From a virus: a stretch of 64,000 nucleotides of DNA. Every line of letters begins with the position of its first letter. The first letter of the stretch is position 1. Positions 54,512-64,000 of this stretch are shown here, one piece after another. A program made the position numbers and the translations under genes. The DNA is taken from IMG/VR virus record IMGVR_UViG_3300044970_001685; one strand, 5' to 3'. The notes under the pieces were generated by a model. It worked only from the letters and a program-made list of their open reading frames with translations, was not told where the DNA came from and ran no database searches.

Positions 54512-55267
54512 ATGTCTGAAATAAGAGTTAATAATATTAAAAATGAGGCAGGAACTGGTGCTCCTACATTTCCAAATGGAGCAACAGTTCTTGGTACATT
54601 AACATCATCACAAGATGTTCAGGTTGGTGGTGCTCTGACTGTAACTGGTAATCTAACAGTTAATGGTACTCAGACAATTATTAATACAACTAATTTAGAA
54701 ATAACAGATCCTCTTGTTGGTATTGGATCTGGAAATACCACAGATGCACAAGCAGATGGTGATGGTATTCGGATTTATGGAACAACCAATAAGACTTTTA
54801 CATATAACGATACTAAGAAATCTTTTGAAGCAAATATTCCAATCGCTCCAAATGAAAGTAGATTTATTACTGGTGCGGAAAAGACTGCATTGATTTCGGG
54901 AAATACTGCAACATTAACATATAATTCTTCAAGTGCTAACGTTGCAATCTGCACAAATGCAACTGGCAATATTACGTTAAATGTTGTTGGTATTCCGACA
55001 TCCAGTGATTTTGATAATCACGCTGTAACCTTTACTGTGATTGCAACTTCAACGAGTGGTATTGCAAGAACTTGTACTGCTGTTAATATGAATGGAGTTT
55101 CTAAGACAATTAAGTGGGCAGGTGGTTCTCTTGCCAATGCTGTTTCCGGAATGACTACAACTGCTGGTTATACGATCTACGGATTTACTGGAATCAATAC
55201 CATTGGTTCTGCAAGCACGACTGATAACTATGAAGTATTTGGTGTAGCAAGCGGAGGATTCTATTGA
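54512..55267 (+). CDS. fibre protein
   Basis: MSEIRVNNI start; C-domain homologous to that of the 35156 protein. Confidence 0.8.
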   Translation: MSEIRVNNIKNEAGTGAPTFPNGATVLGTLTSSQDVQVGGALTVTGNLTVNGTQTIINTTNLEITDPLVGIGSGNTTDAQADGDGIRIYGTTNKTFTYNDTKKSFEANIPIAPNESRFITGAEKTALISGNTATLTYNSSSANVAICTNATGNITLNVVGIPTSSDFDNHAVTFTVIATSTSGIARTCTAVNMNGVSKTIKWAGGSLANAVSGMTTTAGYTIYGFTGINTIGSASTTDNYEVFGVASGGFY

Positions 55268-55268
55268 T

Positions 55269-56291
55269 ATGGCACCTATTATAAGCAGACTTTCTTCTCT
55301 TGGCGGAGGGGGAACTGGTGGATTTAGTTTTGGAAAAAGAAAAGTCCCTCTTGCTGCTGTCGGTGGTGTTAAAGCAAGTGGAGGTACTATAATTCCAAGT
55401 GCCGAATCTGGAAATGGATATACTTATCACGTATTTTTATACCCAAATGCAGATAATCTTATAGTAAACACTGCAATTACTGCGGATGTTTTAATTGTTG
55501 CTGGTGGTGGTGCTGGTGGTGGACATTTTTATGCAGGTGGTGGAGGAGCAGGTGGTGTTGTCTATGGACCCAATGTTCCACTTTCTGCCGCTTCACACAC
55601 CATTTCTGTTGGTAAAGGTGGAGATAAGGCACCAGGCGCACAAGGTGGTTCTGGAAGTAATTCTTTAATTTCTGGTCCTATAATAGGAACAATCACAGCA
55701 GTAGGTGGTGGAGCAGGAGGTCCAGTAGCTGCATTACCTGGTGGTTCTGGTGGTGGAAGTGGTCAATATTCAAATACAACTACACCAGCGGCACCTCAAC
55801 CAGTTCCTGGATTATTTACTGCTTATGGAAATGCTTCTACTACTACCACTGGATATGGTGATGGTGGCGGCGGAGCTGGTGGAGGAAATCTTGCTGCTCC
55901 TGCACCAACACGAGGAGGACACGGTGGTGCTGGACAACCATTCCCTGGATTCCCATCAACCATACTTGCTCCTGCGATACCTGCACCAATAAGACCACGA
56001 TGGTCTCCTACTGTAGGACCAACAGGATATTTTGGCGGTGGCGGCGGCGGAGCAAATTATTATACTACTACAGTTCGACCTTTAGGTGGTGTTGGTGGCG
56101 GCGGAGAAGGTGGTGGTGGTATAAATCGAGGTCCAGTTGGTGAGTATGATAACGGAGATCCTGGTGTTAATTTCACCGGTGGTGGAGGAGGTGGTGCAAA
56201 TTATGTTACTAGTACTACTAATCCACTCAACCCAACTCCTGGTGCTGGTGGAGATGGTGGACACGGTATTGTGATTGTCAGATATCAATAA
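55269..56291 (+). CDS. Gly/Pro-rich putative fibre-tip adhesin
   Basis: paralog of 50519 (GNGY.YHVFL, GGAGQPFP, VGPTG, GIVIVRYQ). Confidence 0.8.
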   Translation: MAPIISRLSSLGGGGTGGFSFGKRKVPLAAVGGVKASGGTIIPSAESGNGYTYHVFLYPNADNLIVNTAITADVLIVAGGGAGGGHFYAGGGGAGGVVYGPNVPLSAASHTISVGKGGDKAPGAQGGSGSNSLISGPIIGTITAVGGGAGGPVAALPGGSGGGSGQYSNTTTPAAPQPVPGLFTAYGNASTTTTGYGDGGGGAGGGNLAAPAPTRGGHGGAGQPFPGFPSTILAPAIPAPIRPRWSPTVGPTGYFGGGGGGANYYTTTVRPLGGVGGGGEGGGGINRGPVGEYDNGDPGVNFTGGGGGGANYVTSTTNPLNPTPGAGGDGGHGIVIVRYQ

Positions 56292-56327
56292 ATTGGTGTA
56301 TAATAAATGTAAGTAAAGTATTTTATT

Positions 56328-57131
56328 ATGATCTTTGGTGGAAAAAAATATTATTTTCTTTCTGGATTACCTAGATCTGGAAATACTTTACTTGGATCTA
56401 TTCTCAACCAAAATAAAAACATATGTGTAACTGCTAATAGTCCAGTTGCAGATGTTTTTTATGAGATAGAAAATTTAAAAAACACTGATCCAAAATTTGT
56501 AAACTTTCCAGATACAAAATCAATAGATAATATAAGTAAAAAAATATTCTGTAATTATTATCGTGACTGGAAGTTTAAGTATATTATCGATAGGTCTTGT
56601 TGGGGAACTCCTGATAATTTAGAACTACTCAAAAAGTATTGTCCTAATGAAATAAAAGTAGTTGTATTAATTAGAGATTTAAACGAGATATTAGCATCTT
56701 TCCTTTATTGGTCTGAAAATAATAAAGGTAATTTTTTAGAAGAATTCAATACAACTGAAAAAAAGTGTGAAGTTTTAATGGACAGCAACGGACAGATTAT
56801 GAAATCTTTACACTCTTTATATAATTTAAATAAAAGCGAAAATAAAAGACACGCACTTTTCGTAAAGTATGAAGATCTTGTTTCTGATACTGAAAATAAG
56901 ATAAATCAAATTTATAAGTTTTTAGGAATAAAAAAATATCATCATCAACTAGAAAATATTTCTAATTTTAAATCTAATGAAATTGAATATAATGATATTG
57001 TTTTTGGACGTAATTTACACCGAGTAAAAAGTAAAATAAAAAAAACCGAATATAACTATCAAGATTATGTTCCAAAATCAATCATTGAAAAGTATAAAAA
57101 TTATAACTCATTGTATCTTTCATTAAAATGA
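56328..57131 (+). CDS. sulfotransferase family protein
   Basis: PAPS-binding GLPRSGNTLL, IRD..E.LAS, VKYEDLV. Confidence 0.9.
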   Translation: MIFGGKKYYFLSGLPRSGNTLLGSILNQNKNICVTANSPVADVFYEIENLKNTDPKFVNFPDTKSIDNISKKIFCNYYRDWKFKYIIDRSCWGTPDNLELLKKYCPNEIKVVVLIRDLNEILASFLYWSENNKGNFLEEFNTTEKKCEVLMDSNGQIMKSLHSLYNLNKSENKRHALFVKYEDLVSDTENKINQIYKFLGIKKYHHQLENISNFKSNEIEYNDIVFGRNLHRVKSKIKKTEYNYQDYVPKSIIEKYKNYNSLYLSLK

Positions 57132-57655
57132 ACTTTAACTATCAGTTTGTTGGAAAATTAAATTTCTTTCAGAGAATAAAAATAATCAGAAAGGTTAAAA
57201 AAATTTCAAAGTTAGAGTGGGGAGAATTTGATTTTAGACAAAAAACATTTGAAGCTCATAAGTTTACTCAAACTGTTCCTGTTATCTTTGATAAAAATTT
57301 TCAAAGTACAAAAACAAAATGGTATGATTTATTTCAAAAAGAACTAAAAGATATTGAAAATATCTGTGTGAGACACTATGGGCAAGGAAAAATTGTTCGT
57401 GTTATTTTGACAAAACTGTATTCGCAAAAATCAATACCACCACATATAGATTCTGGTCATTTACTTGAAGGAATTCGAAGAATACATATTCCGTTAATAT
57501 CAAATAAAAAAGTTTTATTTGTAGTTGATGATGAAGTTAAAAATATGAAAGTTGGTGAAATGTGGGAAATTAATAATACAAATAAAATACACTCTGTAAA
57601 TAACAACAGTGATATTGATAGGGTGCATTTTATAGTTGATTTTATAAATACCTAA
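57128..57655 (+). CDS. aspartyl/asparaginyl beta-hydroxylase-like 2OG oxygenase
   Basis: IPPHID, RIHIPL, GEMWEINN, HSV.N, RVHFIVD. Confidence 0.88.
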   Translation: MNFNYQFVGKLNFFQRIKIIRKVKKISKLEWGEFDFRQKTFEAHKFTQTVPVIFDKNFQSTKTKWYDLFQKELKDIENICVRHYGQGKIVRVILTKLYSQKSIPPHIDSGHLLEGIRRIHIPLISNKKVLFVVDDEVKNMKVGEMWEINNTNKIHSVNNNSDIDRVHFIVDFINT

Positions 57656-57664
57656 AAACCTCCA

Positions 57665-58066
57665 ATGGCATACATCGGAAGACCACAACAAACTGGTCCA
57701 TACATTAAACTTGATGATATTTCAGATCAGTTTGACGGAACTAAAACCACTTTTAATTTGACACTTGGTGGTCAACCATACTTTACATCAAATCCTTATA
57801 CATTACTTTTATCACTTGATGGTGTCATTCAAGAACCCGTCGTTTCTTATGTCATTAGTGAGAATCAAATCACCTTTGCTGCTGCTCCTACATCAACAGG
57901 AAGATTTTACTGTATTGTGTTTGGAACTACTCTAAACACCGCTGCACTAACAAGTCTGACAATAGGAACCAGAACAACTGCTGCAACACTACCATTAAAT
58001 GGCGAACAACTTGGAGTTTTACAAAGAGATGGAACCAAAGGATTCATTGCATTTAATGTGGCATAA
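57665..58066 (+). CDS. structural protein
   Basis: LDDIS..FDG..TFNLT, LDGVIQEP; late promoter TATAAATA upstream. Confidence 0.75.
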   Translation: MAYIGRPQQTGPYIKLDDISDQFDGTKTTFNLTLGGQPYFTSNPYTLLLSLDGVIQEPVVSYVISENQITFAAAPTSTGRFYCIVFGTTLNTAALTSLTIGTRTTAATLPLNGEQLGVLQRDGTKGFIAFNVA

Positions 58067-58091
58067 ATAATCAAAAGACTATTCAGATATA

Positions 58092-58727
58092 ATGGCGAAT
58101 AGATATCCGCTGATTTATAACTCCAATGCGAATCAACTTCAAGAACTCCAAGCAGGAGATAATCTTGATTTAGGTGGTTCGGGGATTAGTAGCGTAGGTA
58201 ATATTAGTAATGTAGGTAATATAAACTCAACGGGTATTATCACTGCAACTTCTTTCAGTGGGACTTTTAGTGGCACTTCAACACTTGCATCGGGACTAAC
58301 TGGTTCTCCAAGTATTGTTGTAAATAATCTTTATACATCTGGCATAAGCACTTTCACCCAAAACATAAATCTTCGTGATAATGTTAAGGCAAACTTTGGT
58401 GATGGTGATGATCTCAGAATCTATCACGATGGAACAAACAGTTATGTAGAAGATACGGGAACTGGAAACTTATATCTTTCTGGTTCAACTGATGTCATCA
58501 TTCAGCATCACAGCACTGGTGAAACGATGGCAAAGTTCACTGGCAATGGTGCCTCTGAACTTTATTATGATAATAGTAAAAAGTTTGAAACCGTTAGTGC
58601 TGGTGCTACGGTCACTGGAACTTTATATGCTACAAATTTTGTTGGTAATGGTTCACAACTAACTGGTATTGCTGCTGGTGGTGGTGAAGGTTCTTACAAT
58701 GAACTTGATGGTATGCTTTTTGGATAA
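58092..58727 (+). CDS. fibre-like protein
   Basis: DLRIYHDG..ELYYDNSKKFET module shared with 44329 protein. Confidence 0.75.
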   Translation: MANRYPLIYNSNANQLQELQAGDNLDLGGSGISSVGNISNVGNINSTGIITATSFSGTFSGTSTLASGLTGSPSIVVNNLYTSGISTFTQNINLRDNVKANFGDGDDLRIYHDGTNSYVEDTGTGNLYLSGSTDVIIQHHSTGETMAKFTGNGASELYYDNSKKFETVSAGATVTGTLYATNFVGNGSQLTGIAAGGGEGSYNELDGMLFG

Positions 58728-58750
58728 ATAACTTAAAAAAGAACAATACG

Positions 58751-59158
58751 ATGTCACTCAAAAGAACTAAACTACTGGGAATACAATCAGTCACTGGTAT
58801 TGCAACAGTAGGTATTTTGACAGTTGGAACAACTCAAACTGCTGGTGGAGTTGGAATTGCATCAACCACTTATGTTCGTGGTGTGATAATGCACAATACT
58901 GGATTTGCAACTTGCACTTCATCTCTTTATGTGTATCCAAGTAGTGTCGCTTCTCCTGTGACAGGTGTTGGACAAACTGCTTATCGTTTAGCAAGAGTAG
59001 ACTTATCGCAGAATGAAACTTTTTTCTTTGAAATGAATTATCCTTTGGTTCTTACAAATCAAGAAAAGATCGTTGTGGAAGTTATACCACCAGGGTCGGG
59101 AGGAGCAGGTATTGGTAGTGTCGTGAACTATCAAATTCTTGGTGATACTGATATCTGA
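58751..59158 (+). CDS. small tail-associated protein
   Basis: late promoter GATAAATA; beta-rich, YPLVL. Confidence 0.7.
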   Translation: MSLKRTKLLGIQSVTGIATVGILTVGTTQTAGGVGIASTTYVRGVIMHNTGFATCTSSLYVYPSSVASPVTGVGQTAYRLARVDLSQNETFFFEMNYPLVLTNQEKIVVEVIPPGSGGAGIGSVVNYQILGDTDI

Positions 59159-59173
59159 TAAGAGGTAAATAGA

Positions 59174-60304
59174 ATGGGTGCAAAAAGTTCAGACAAAGGA
59201 CCTAAAGGTGTTGGTAATAATAAAAGGTTAGATCAACATCTTGTTGAATATTTCAGTACAAAAAGAACGAGTGGAATATCGACAAATTATGTTCCTCCAT
59301 TACCAAGTATAAATGCTACTGGAGGAACAATTACCACTTGGAATGATTACACAATACATTCTTTTCCTGGTGGATCACTTGATAGTTCAAATCCATACAC
59401 GTTTACTATTCCTGCAAATGCAACACCAATAATACCGTCAACTAATTTTGACATTATTCTAGTCGCTGGTGGTGGTACTGGTGGAGATGATCAACCGGGT
59501 TCATATGGAGGAGGTGGTGGTGGAGCTGGTGGAGTAAGATTTATTCCACAAATATCATTACCTGTTGGGTCATATCCAATTGGTGTTGGTGGCGGTGCTG
59601 CAGCTGCTGCGGACGGCGCACAGGGACAACCAACAGTTTTTAATGCCCCAAACGGTAATGGTGTTCCATCAATTACAGTTCATGGTGGAGGATATGGTGG
59701 AGCAGGTGGAGGAGGTGGTGGTGGAAACGGCGGTTGTGGTGGAGGAAAAGATTATCCCGGTCCAACAGCTCAATTTGGTGCAGGAAATAATGGAGCAGGA
59801 AATAGTCCAGAACCAAGAGCAAGTGGACCAACATCACCCATTGGCGATACTAGATTCCAAGGAAGTCCTGGAAACGCAACTGCCTCTGATACATCTTACT
59901 CTGGTGGTGGCGGTGGTGGAGCAAGATATAGTCCACCAACATATTACTCTTCACCAATACCAGGACCTGGTATCACTGTTCCTGCTCCCGCAGCTTCTTT
60001 TAGAGCGCAAGGTGGTGATGGAATTGATTTTAGTCCTATAATTGGACCAAGAGCAACTAATGGATTTGGTGATAGTAATTATCCAACAGAAGCTTGGTTT
60101 GGTGGTGGAGGTCATGGAGGTCAATACCCAGGAGGAACTGGTGCTCCTGGCACGGGAGGAAAAGGTGGTGGAGGTGGAGCTCCTCAACCATCAAAAAATG
60201 GACAACCAAATACTGGTGGAGGTGGAGCAGTTTATCAGGGAAATGGTGGTCCAGGAATTGTATTAATCAGATACAAAAATACTGGAGGATCTACTGGATC
60301 TTAA
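59174..60304 (+). CDS. Gly/Pro-rich putative fibre-tip adhesin
   Basis: ATGG..YTIHSF, ILVAGGG, GGGGAGG, NTGGGG, GIVLIRY. Confidence 0.8.
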   Translation: MGAKSSDKGPKGVGNNKRLDQHLVEYFSTKRTSGISTNYVPPLPSINATGGTITTWNDYTIHSFPGGSLDSSNPYTFTIPANATPIIPSTNFDIILVAGGGTGGDDQPGSYGGGGGGAGGVRFIPQISLPVGSYPIGVGGGAAAAADGAQGQPTVFNAPNGNGVPSITVHGGGYGGAGGGGGGGNGGCGGGKDYPGPTAQFGAGNNGAGNSPEPRASGPTSPIGDTRFQGSPGNATASDTSYSGGGGGGARYSPPTYYSSPIPGPGITVPAPAASFRAQGGDGIDFSPIIGPRATNGFGDSNYPTEAWFGGGGHGGQYPGGTGAPGTGGKGGGGGAPQPSKNGQPNTGGGGAVYQGNGGPGIVLIRYKNTGGSTGS

Positions 60305-60330
60305 ATATAAAACTTTTGCTTTAAAATATC

Positions 60331-60906
60331 ATGAGAGAATTTTTTGTGCTGGATAATTTTTTTGAAGATCCAGATGAGGTTAGAAAAAGAGCTTTAAATT
60401 ATTTTAGATTTTATAATTCAACAGATCATCCAGATCCTCAACATCTATTGCAGTTTCCTGGATTGAGAACCAATTATATTAATCTTCAAGATACTGAATT
60501 ATCTAAAATGATTATTGAAAAACAAGCGGCAATAACAAACTTTATTACAAATAATTGCGTAGATTGGTCGCATGAAGACAATAGAGTGTGGAATACTTTT
60601 TCACTTACTTTTAAAAATATAAACAAGCAGTTACCTCAATGGCATCAAGATTTTATTGGAGAAAATGATAATAAGTGTGAGTATTATTATGCTGGTGTTG
60701 TTTATTTAAATAAAAATGTAAGAAAAGGGAGAGGAACAAAAATAAAACTTTCTTCTGGTGAAATTGTAAATATTGAGAATAAGTATAATCGTTTTGTAAT
60801 ATACAATTCAAAACTTCCACATACGATTGCAAAATCTTTTGGATGGAATAAAGATAATGGTAGACTTGTAATGTCTCAATTTTTTTCTTTCAATCTAAAA
60901 AAATAA
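60331..60906 (+). CDS. 2OG-Fe(II) oxygenase-like protein
   Basis: LDNFFEDPD, FPGLR, WHQD, AGVVYL, NRFVIY..H, RL. Confidence 0.82.
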   Translation: MREFFVLDNFFEDPDEVRKRALNYFRFYNSTDHPDPQHLLQFPGLRTNYINLQDTELSKMIIEKQAAITNFITNNCVDWSHEDNRVWNTFSLTFKNINKQLPQWHQDFIGENDNKCEYYYAGVVYLNKNVRKGRGTKIKLSSGEIVNIENKYNRFVIYNSKLPHTIAKSFGWNKDNGRLVMSQFFSFNLKK

Positions 60907-60930
60907 ATAGATAAAACAAGAAGGGCAACG

Positions 60931-61317
60931 ATGTTTAATTTTGCGAGAGTTAATTCCAATAACAAAGTTGTAGATGTTGTCTTTGTATTTGATGATATTG
61001 TAACAGATGATGATGGCAATTTATATGAACATTGGGCATACACTTACTTGTATGAAAAATATCCAGATTCAAAAAAAGATTATTGGGTAATGATTGATAA
61101 TAAAAAAAATTGGGGATACATAGGTAATACCTTTGATAAGTTTAAAGATGGATTTATTTCTGAAAAACCATATCCATCGTGGACATTGGATGAAAACACT
61201 TTGAAGTGGACTCCACCTGTACCAGAACCAATTTTAACTGATGAAGAAAAAGAAGTTTCAACTAATTTAAACTGGAATGAAGAACTTCAAGTATGGGAAA
61301 AATATACCTTAATATGA
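60931..61317 (+). CDS. tail-associated hypothetical protein
   Basis: FARV..N.V, KPYPSWTLDE..W.PP; paralog of 61363. Confidence 0.7.
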   Translation: MFNFARVNSNNKVVDVVFVFDDIVTDDDGNLYEHWAYTYLYEKYPDSKKDYWVMIDNKKNWGYIGNTFDKFKDGFISEKPYPSWTLDENTLKWTPPVPEPILTDEEKEVSTNLNWNEELQVWEKYTLI

Positions 61318-61362
61318 TATAATAAATATTTTAAAATAACATCAATTAATATAAAGAAAACA

Positions 61363-61785
61363 ATGGCACACTTTGCACAACTAGATGAAAACAACGTGGT
61401 AACTCAGGTCATTGTAGTTGCCAATGAAGATACTTCGGATGTAAACGGAAACGAAGTAGAAGAAATCGGTGTAGCATTCTGTAAGAAACTTCTGGGTGCT
61501 GATACCAACTGGAAGCAGACTTCATACAACAATACTTTCCGTGTGAGATATGCAGGTATCGGTTACTCCTACAATGCAGAACTGGATGCTTTCATTGCAC
61601 CAAAGACCTTTGAGTCTTGGGTTCTCAACACAGAAACCGCTGACTGGGAATCGCCAGTTGGTCCTGCTCCTGCATTGACCGAAGCAGAGATTGAAGCACG
61701 TTCATTCTATCGCTGGGACGAAGAAGCAGGTGCTTGGGAACTCTTTACTCCCGAACCACCAGCAGAAGAAACACCTGCCGAATGA
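61363..61785 (+). CDS. tail-associated hypothetical protein
   Basis: MAHFAQLDENNVV, WKQTSYN, YAGIG; late promoter AATAAATA 61321. Confidence 0.75.
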   Translation: MAHFAQLDENNVVTQVIVVANEDTSDVNGNEVEEIGVAFCKKLLGADTNWKQTSYNNTFRVRYAGIGYSYNAELDAFIAPKTFESWVLNTETADWESPVGPAPALTEAEIEARSFYRWDEEAGAWELFTPEPPAEETPAE

Positions 61786-61790
61786 TACGC

Positions 61791-61814
61791 AAGGAGGGGC
61801 AACCCTCTTTTTTT
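61791..61814 (+). terminator. intrinsic terminator
   Basis: GAGGG-GCAA-CCCTC-TTTTTTT. Confidence 0.8.
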
Positions 61815-61852
61815 ATAACTAAATAATAGCAACGCAGATCATCTATAAATCA

Positions 61853-63475
61853 ATGCCCCTTATCGGCAATCCTTATGTCGTTGGAGATACGACAGGAAAC
61901 TTTAAGAAACTTGATAATCTTTCGTCATACACTTTGACGTTTGATCCGTCAGTTAAAGTATCTCTCACAAACGACACAATCACTGAAATAGATCATAGGT
62001 TCGTTACAGGACAGAGAGTCACCTATACGCACGGCGGTGGAAGTGCAATCGGTGGTCTGACTTCTGGAAGTGCTTATTATATTGTAAAAGAAGATGTAAA
62101 TACGGTTAAACTTGCTTCAACATATGCAGATGCGCTTGCAAGCAATACAATCAATCTGACTTCTGTTGGATCGGGAACTGCTCATACACTAAATCTTGCT
62201 TTTGATGGGATTAACACAAGATTTAGAGCGACTTATAATAATGGAACAGGAGCAAGAATCACAAATGCTTCTCAACTGACCATTTCAATCAATGGTGTTC
62301 TACAACAACCATTTGAGACTGCAACACCTTCAGAAGGTTATGGTATTGAGCATCCTGGTGTTATTGTTTTTTCAGTTGCTCCTGGTAGTGGCGATGTCTT
62401 CTGGGGAAACATTATTGCCAATAATTTCCCAACTTATGATATTAGTGATAATAAGGTTGATACTTTCACCGCAAATGGTGTAGATACTGATTTTACACTC
62501 TCCCAAGTAGCACCAAATAATGAAAGCGTTCTTGTAACGATTGATGGTGTTACACAATATCCAAGTGATAATGATACTGCAAGATCATATTCAATCTATG
62601 GTAGTGTTCTAAGTTTTACTGAGGCACCATCTCCTGGGGCATATATTCAGGCAAGACACATTGGTTTTGCTGGTGCCACAAGTAGTGCAGTCACTGGATT
62701 TAATGGAAGAACTGGTAATGTTGGACTAAGAACTGGTGATCCATTAGTCGGTGTTGGTATTCAATCTGGTGGACTCGTAGTTGGAACTGGTGTTACCATT
62801 CTAAACTTTGTAGGAACTGGAAATACTTTTGCCGTTGTCGGTGATCGTGTCGACATCAGCATTCAAGGTGGTGGAGGTAGTGGTTCACTTGTTGCCAAAC
62901 AATCATTTACGATCACATCTACTCAGTCAGTTTTCACATTAACTGAGGAATATGATGCTGGAATGGTTGATGTTTATGTGAATGGTGTACGTCTACCTTC
63001 TGGTGATTTTACAGAAACTATTCCAAATATAGTCACACTTGGAACAGCAGCAGAGGCAGGGGACATAGTTGAATTTATTTCATATAGTCAAAGAATTGAG
63101 AACACAGTTTTACAGTCAACACTTACAAATCTTCGTGTAACTGGCATTAGTTCTGTTGGCACTGGTATTACAATGACTGCTTCTTCTGGAAGCATAAGCG
63201 CAACAACATATTATGGTGATGGATCAAATCTAACAAATCTAAAAGCGGGTGTAGGGACAAATGTTTCTACTGTAGATGGATTTACTTATATTGATCAAAG
63301 TGGAAAATTAATCACATCAAATATAGTATTTGATACAACAAACTCTGGAACTTCTGACTCTTATGTTCTATTGAAAGATCAAAAAATGACTATAAACACT
63401 GGTGTTGGAGTTACTATTGGTGATGGAAAACTTTTAATAATCAATGCTTTTGACTTACCAAATCCACTCACATAA
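61853..63475 (+). CDS. virion structural protein (baseplate/fibre-associated)
   Basis: H.F.TG..VTY, INGVLQ.P, IDGVTQ.P, VYVNGVRL modules; late promoter CTAAATA 61819. Confidence 0.75.
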   Translation: MPLIGNPYVVGDTTGNFKKLDNLSSYTLTFDPSVKVSLTNDTITEIDHRFVTGQRVTYTHGGGSAIGGLTSGSAYYIVKEDVNTVKLASTYADALASNTINLTSVGSGTAHTLNLAFDGINTRFRATYNNGTGARITNASQLTISINGVLQQPFETATPSEGYGIEHPGVIVFSVAPGSGDVFWGNIIANNFPTYDISDNKVDTFTANGVDTDFTLSQVAPNNESVLVTIDGVTQYPSDNDTARSYSIYGSVLSFTEAPSPGAYIQARHIGFAGATSSAVTGFNGRTGNVGLRTGDPLVGVGIQSGGLVVGTGVTILNFVGTGNTFAVVGDRVDISIQGGGGSGSLVAKQSFTITSTQSVFTLTEEYDAGMVDVYVNGVRLPSGDFTETIPNIVTLGTAAEAGDIVEFISYSQRIENTVLQSTLTNLRVTGISSVGTGITMTASSGSISATTYYGDGSNLTNLKAGVGTNVSTVDGFTYIDQSGKLITSNIVFDTTNSGTSDSYVLLKDQKMTINTGVGVTIGDGKLLIINAFDLPNPLT

Positions 63476-63498
63476 ATAACTAAAAAAGAAGCGTAAAG

Positions 63499-64000
63499 AT
63501 GTCGCAGTTAAATGTTGATACTATAAAAAATAAAGCAGGTACTGGCGGACCTACTTTACAAGCATTGACAGTAACAACTGATGCAACGGTTACTGGTGTT
63601 GTAACTGCTTCTAGTTTTGTTGGACCAGTAACTGGAAATGTAACTGGAAATATTAACTCTTCAGGTGTTTCTACGCTAACAACTCTAAACGGAACATCAG
63701 GTCTTGTAAGTCTTGGATCAACAATCAAGACCAAAGGATTTGTAGAAACTCAAACTTCTGCAACGACGACATCAAATGTTCTTTCCCTCGATGCATCAAA
63801 CGGGACAGTATTTACTCATACGACAACTTCACAGATTGGTATTGTTTCATTCAGAGGTATAAGAACAGAAACAGCAGGAACTCAAACATTCTCAGTTCTT
63901 GTAACACAAGGTGCATCACCAACCAATACAACAGGTGCGACAGGAATTGGAACTCAACTTGCAACTGTTGTAACAACTGGTGGAGTTGGATATAGCACTC
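63499..64000 (+). CDS. fibre protein, paralog of 49619 (truncated by window end)
   Basis: MSQLNVDTIKNKAGTGGPT...DASNGTVFTH..GIVS; open to window end; late promoter CATAAATA 63471. Confidence 0.8.
   Translation, partial: MSQLNVDTIKNKAGTGGPTLQALTVTTDATVTGVVTASSFVGPVTGNVTGNINSSGVSTLTTLNGTSGLVSLGSTIKTKGFVETQTSATTTSNVLSLDASNGTVFTHTTTSQIGIVSFRGIRTETAGTQTFSVLVTQGASPTNTTGATGIGTQLATVVTTGGVGYST

Noticed and set aside
50519-60304. Collagen triple-helix proteins
   Set aside because: Gly occurs in polyglycine runs, not sustained Gly-X-Y triplets

Overview
This 64 kb window is part of an AT-rich T4-like cyanomyovirus genome infecting picocyanobacteria (Synechococcus/Cyanobium type; habitat not determinable from sequence). 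Nearly all genes are on the + strand, driven by sigma70-like promoters (TTGACA-N17-TATAAT) or T4-type late promoters (NNTAAATA). The order is: (1) 1-4.8 kb, small genes, a thermonuclease, a 4-gene minus-strand operon of exported/membrane proteins, and a divergent signal-bearing lysozyme-like hydrolase with a structured leader; (2) 4.8-12.6 kb, seven CCA-less tRNAs, two unexplained structured RNAs (one tRNA-like), SLH porin, pstS with a Pho box, gnd, an NdhP microprotein missed by the ORF track, an HNH gene overlapping tRNA-Pro, and a wcaG-type RNA; (3) 12.6-33.3 kb, a ~25-gene glycan island (gmd, fcl, GT11, GT6, GT2, GT25, GT47, GT61, methyltransferases, BcbE-like nucleotidyltransferases, HAD and GDPD-like enzymes); (4) 33.3-42 kb, two hli, petF, peroxiredoxin, a fibre/tip pair, PhotoRC-II-psbA, an F-CphI-like homing endonuclease, psbD and an HNH; (5) 42-64 kb, late tail-fibre genes in which each Gly/Pro-rich tip protein is followed by 2OG-Fe(II) hydroxylases or a sulfotransferase. 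The best candidates for undescribed biology are the minus-strand export operon, the hydroxylase + glycan system possibly decorating the virion with a blood-group-A-like glycan, the tRNA-mimic RNA, and intron-free recoding of psbA next to its homing endonuclease. All family calls come from motif recognition, not database searches.
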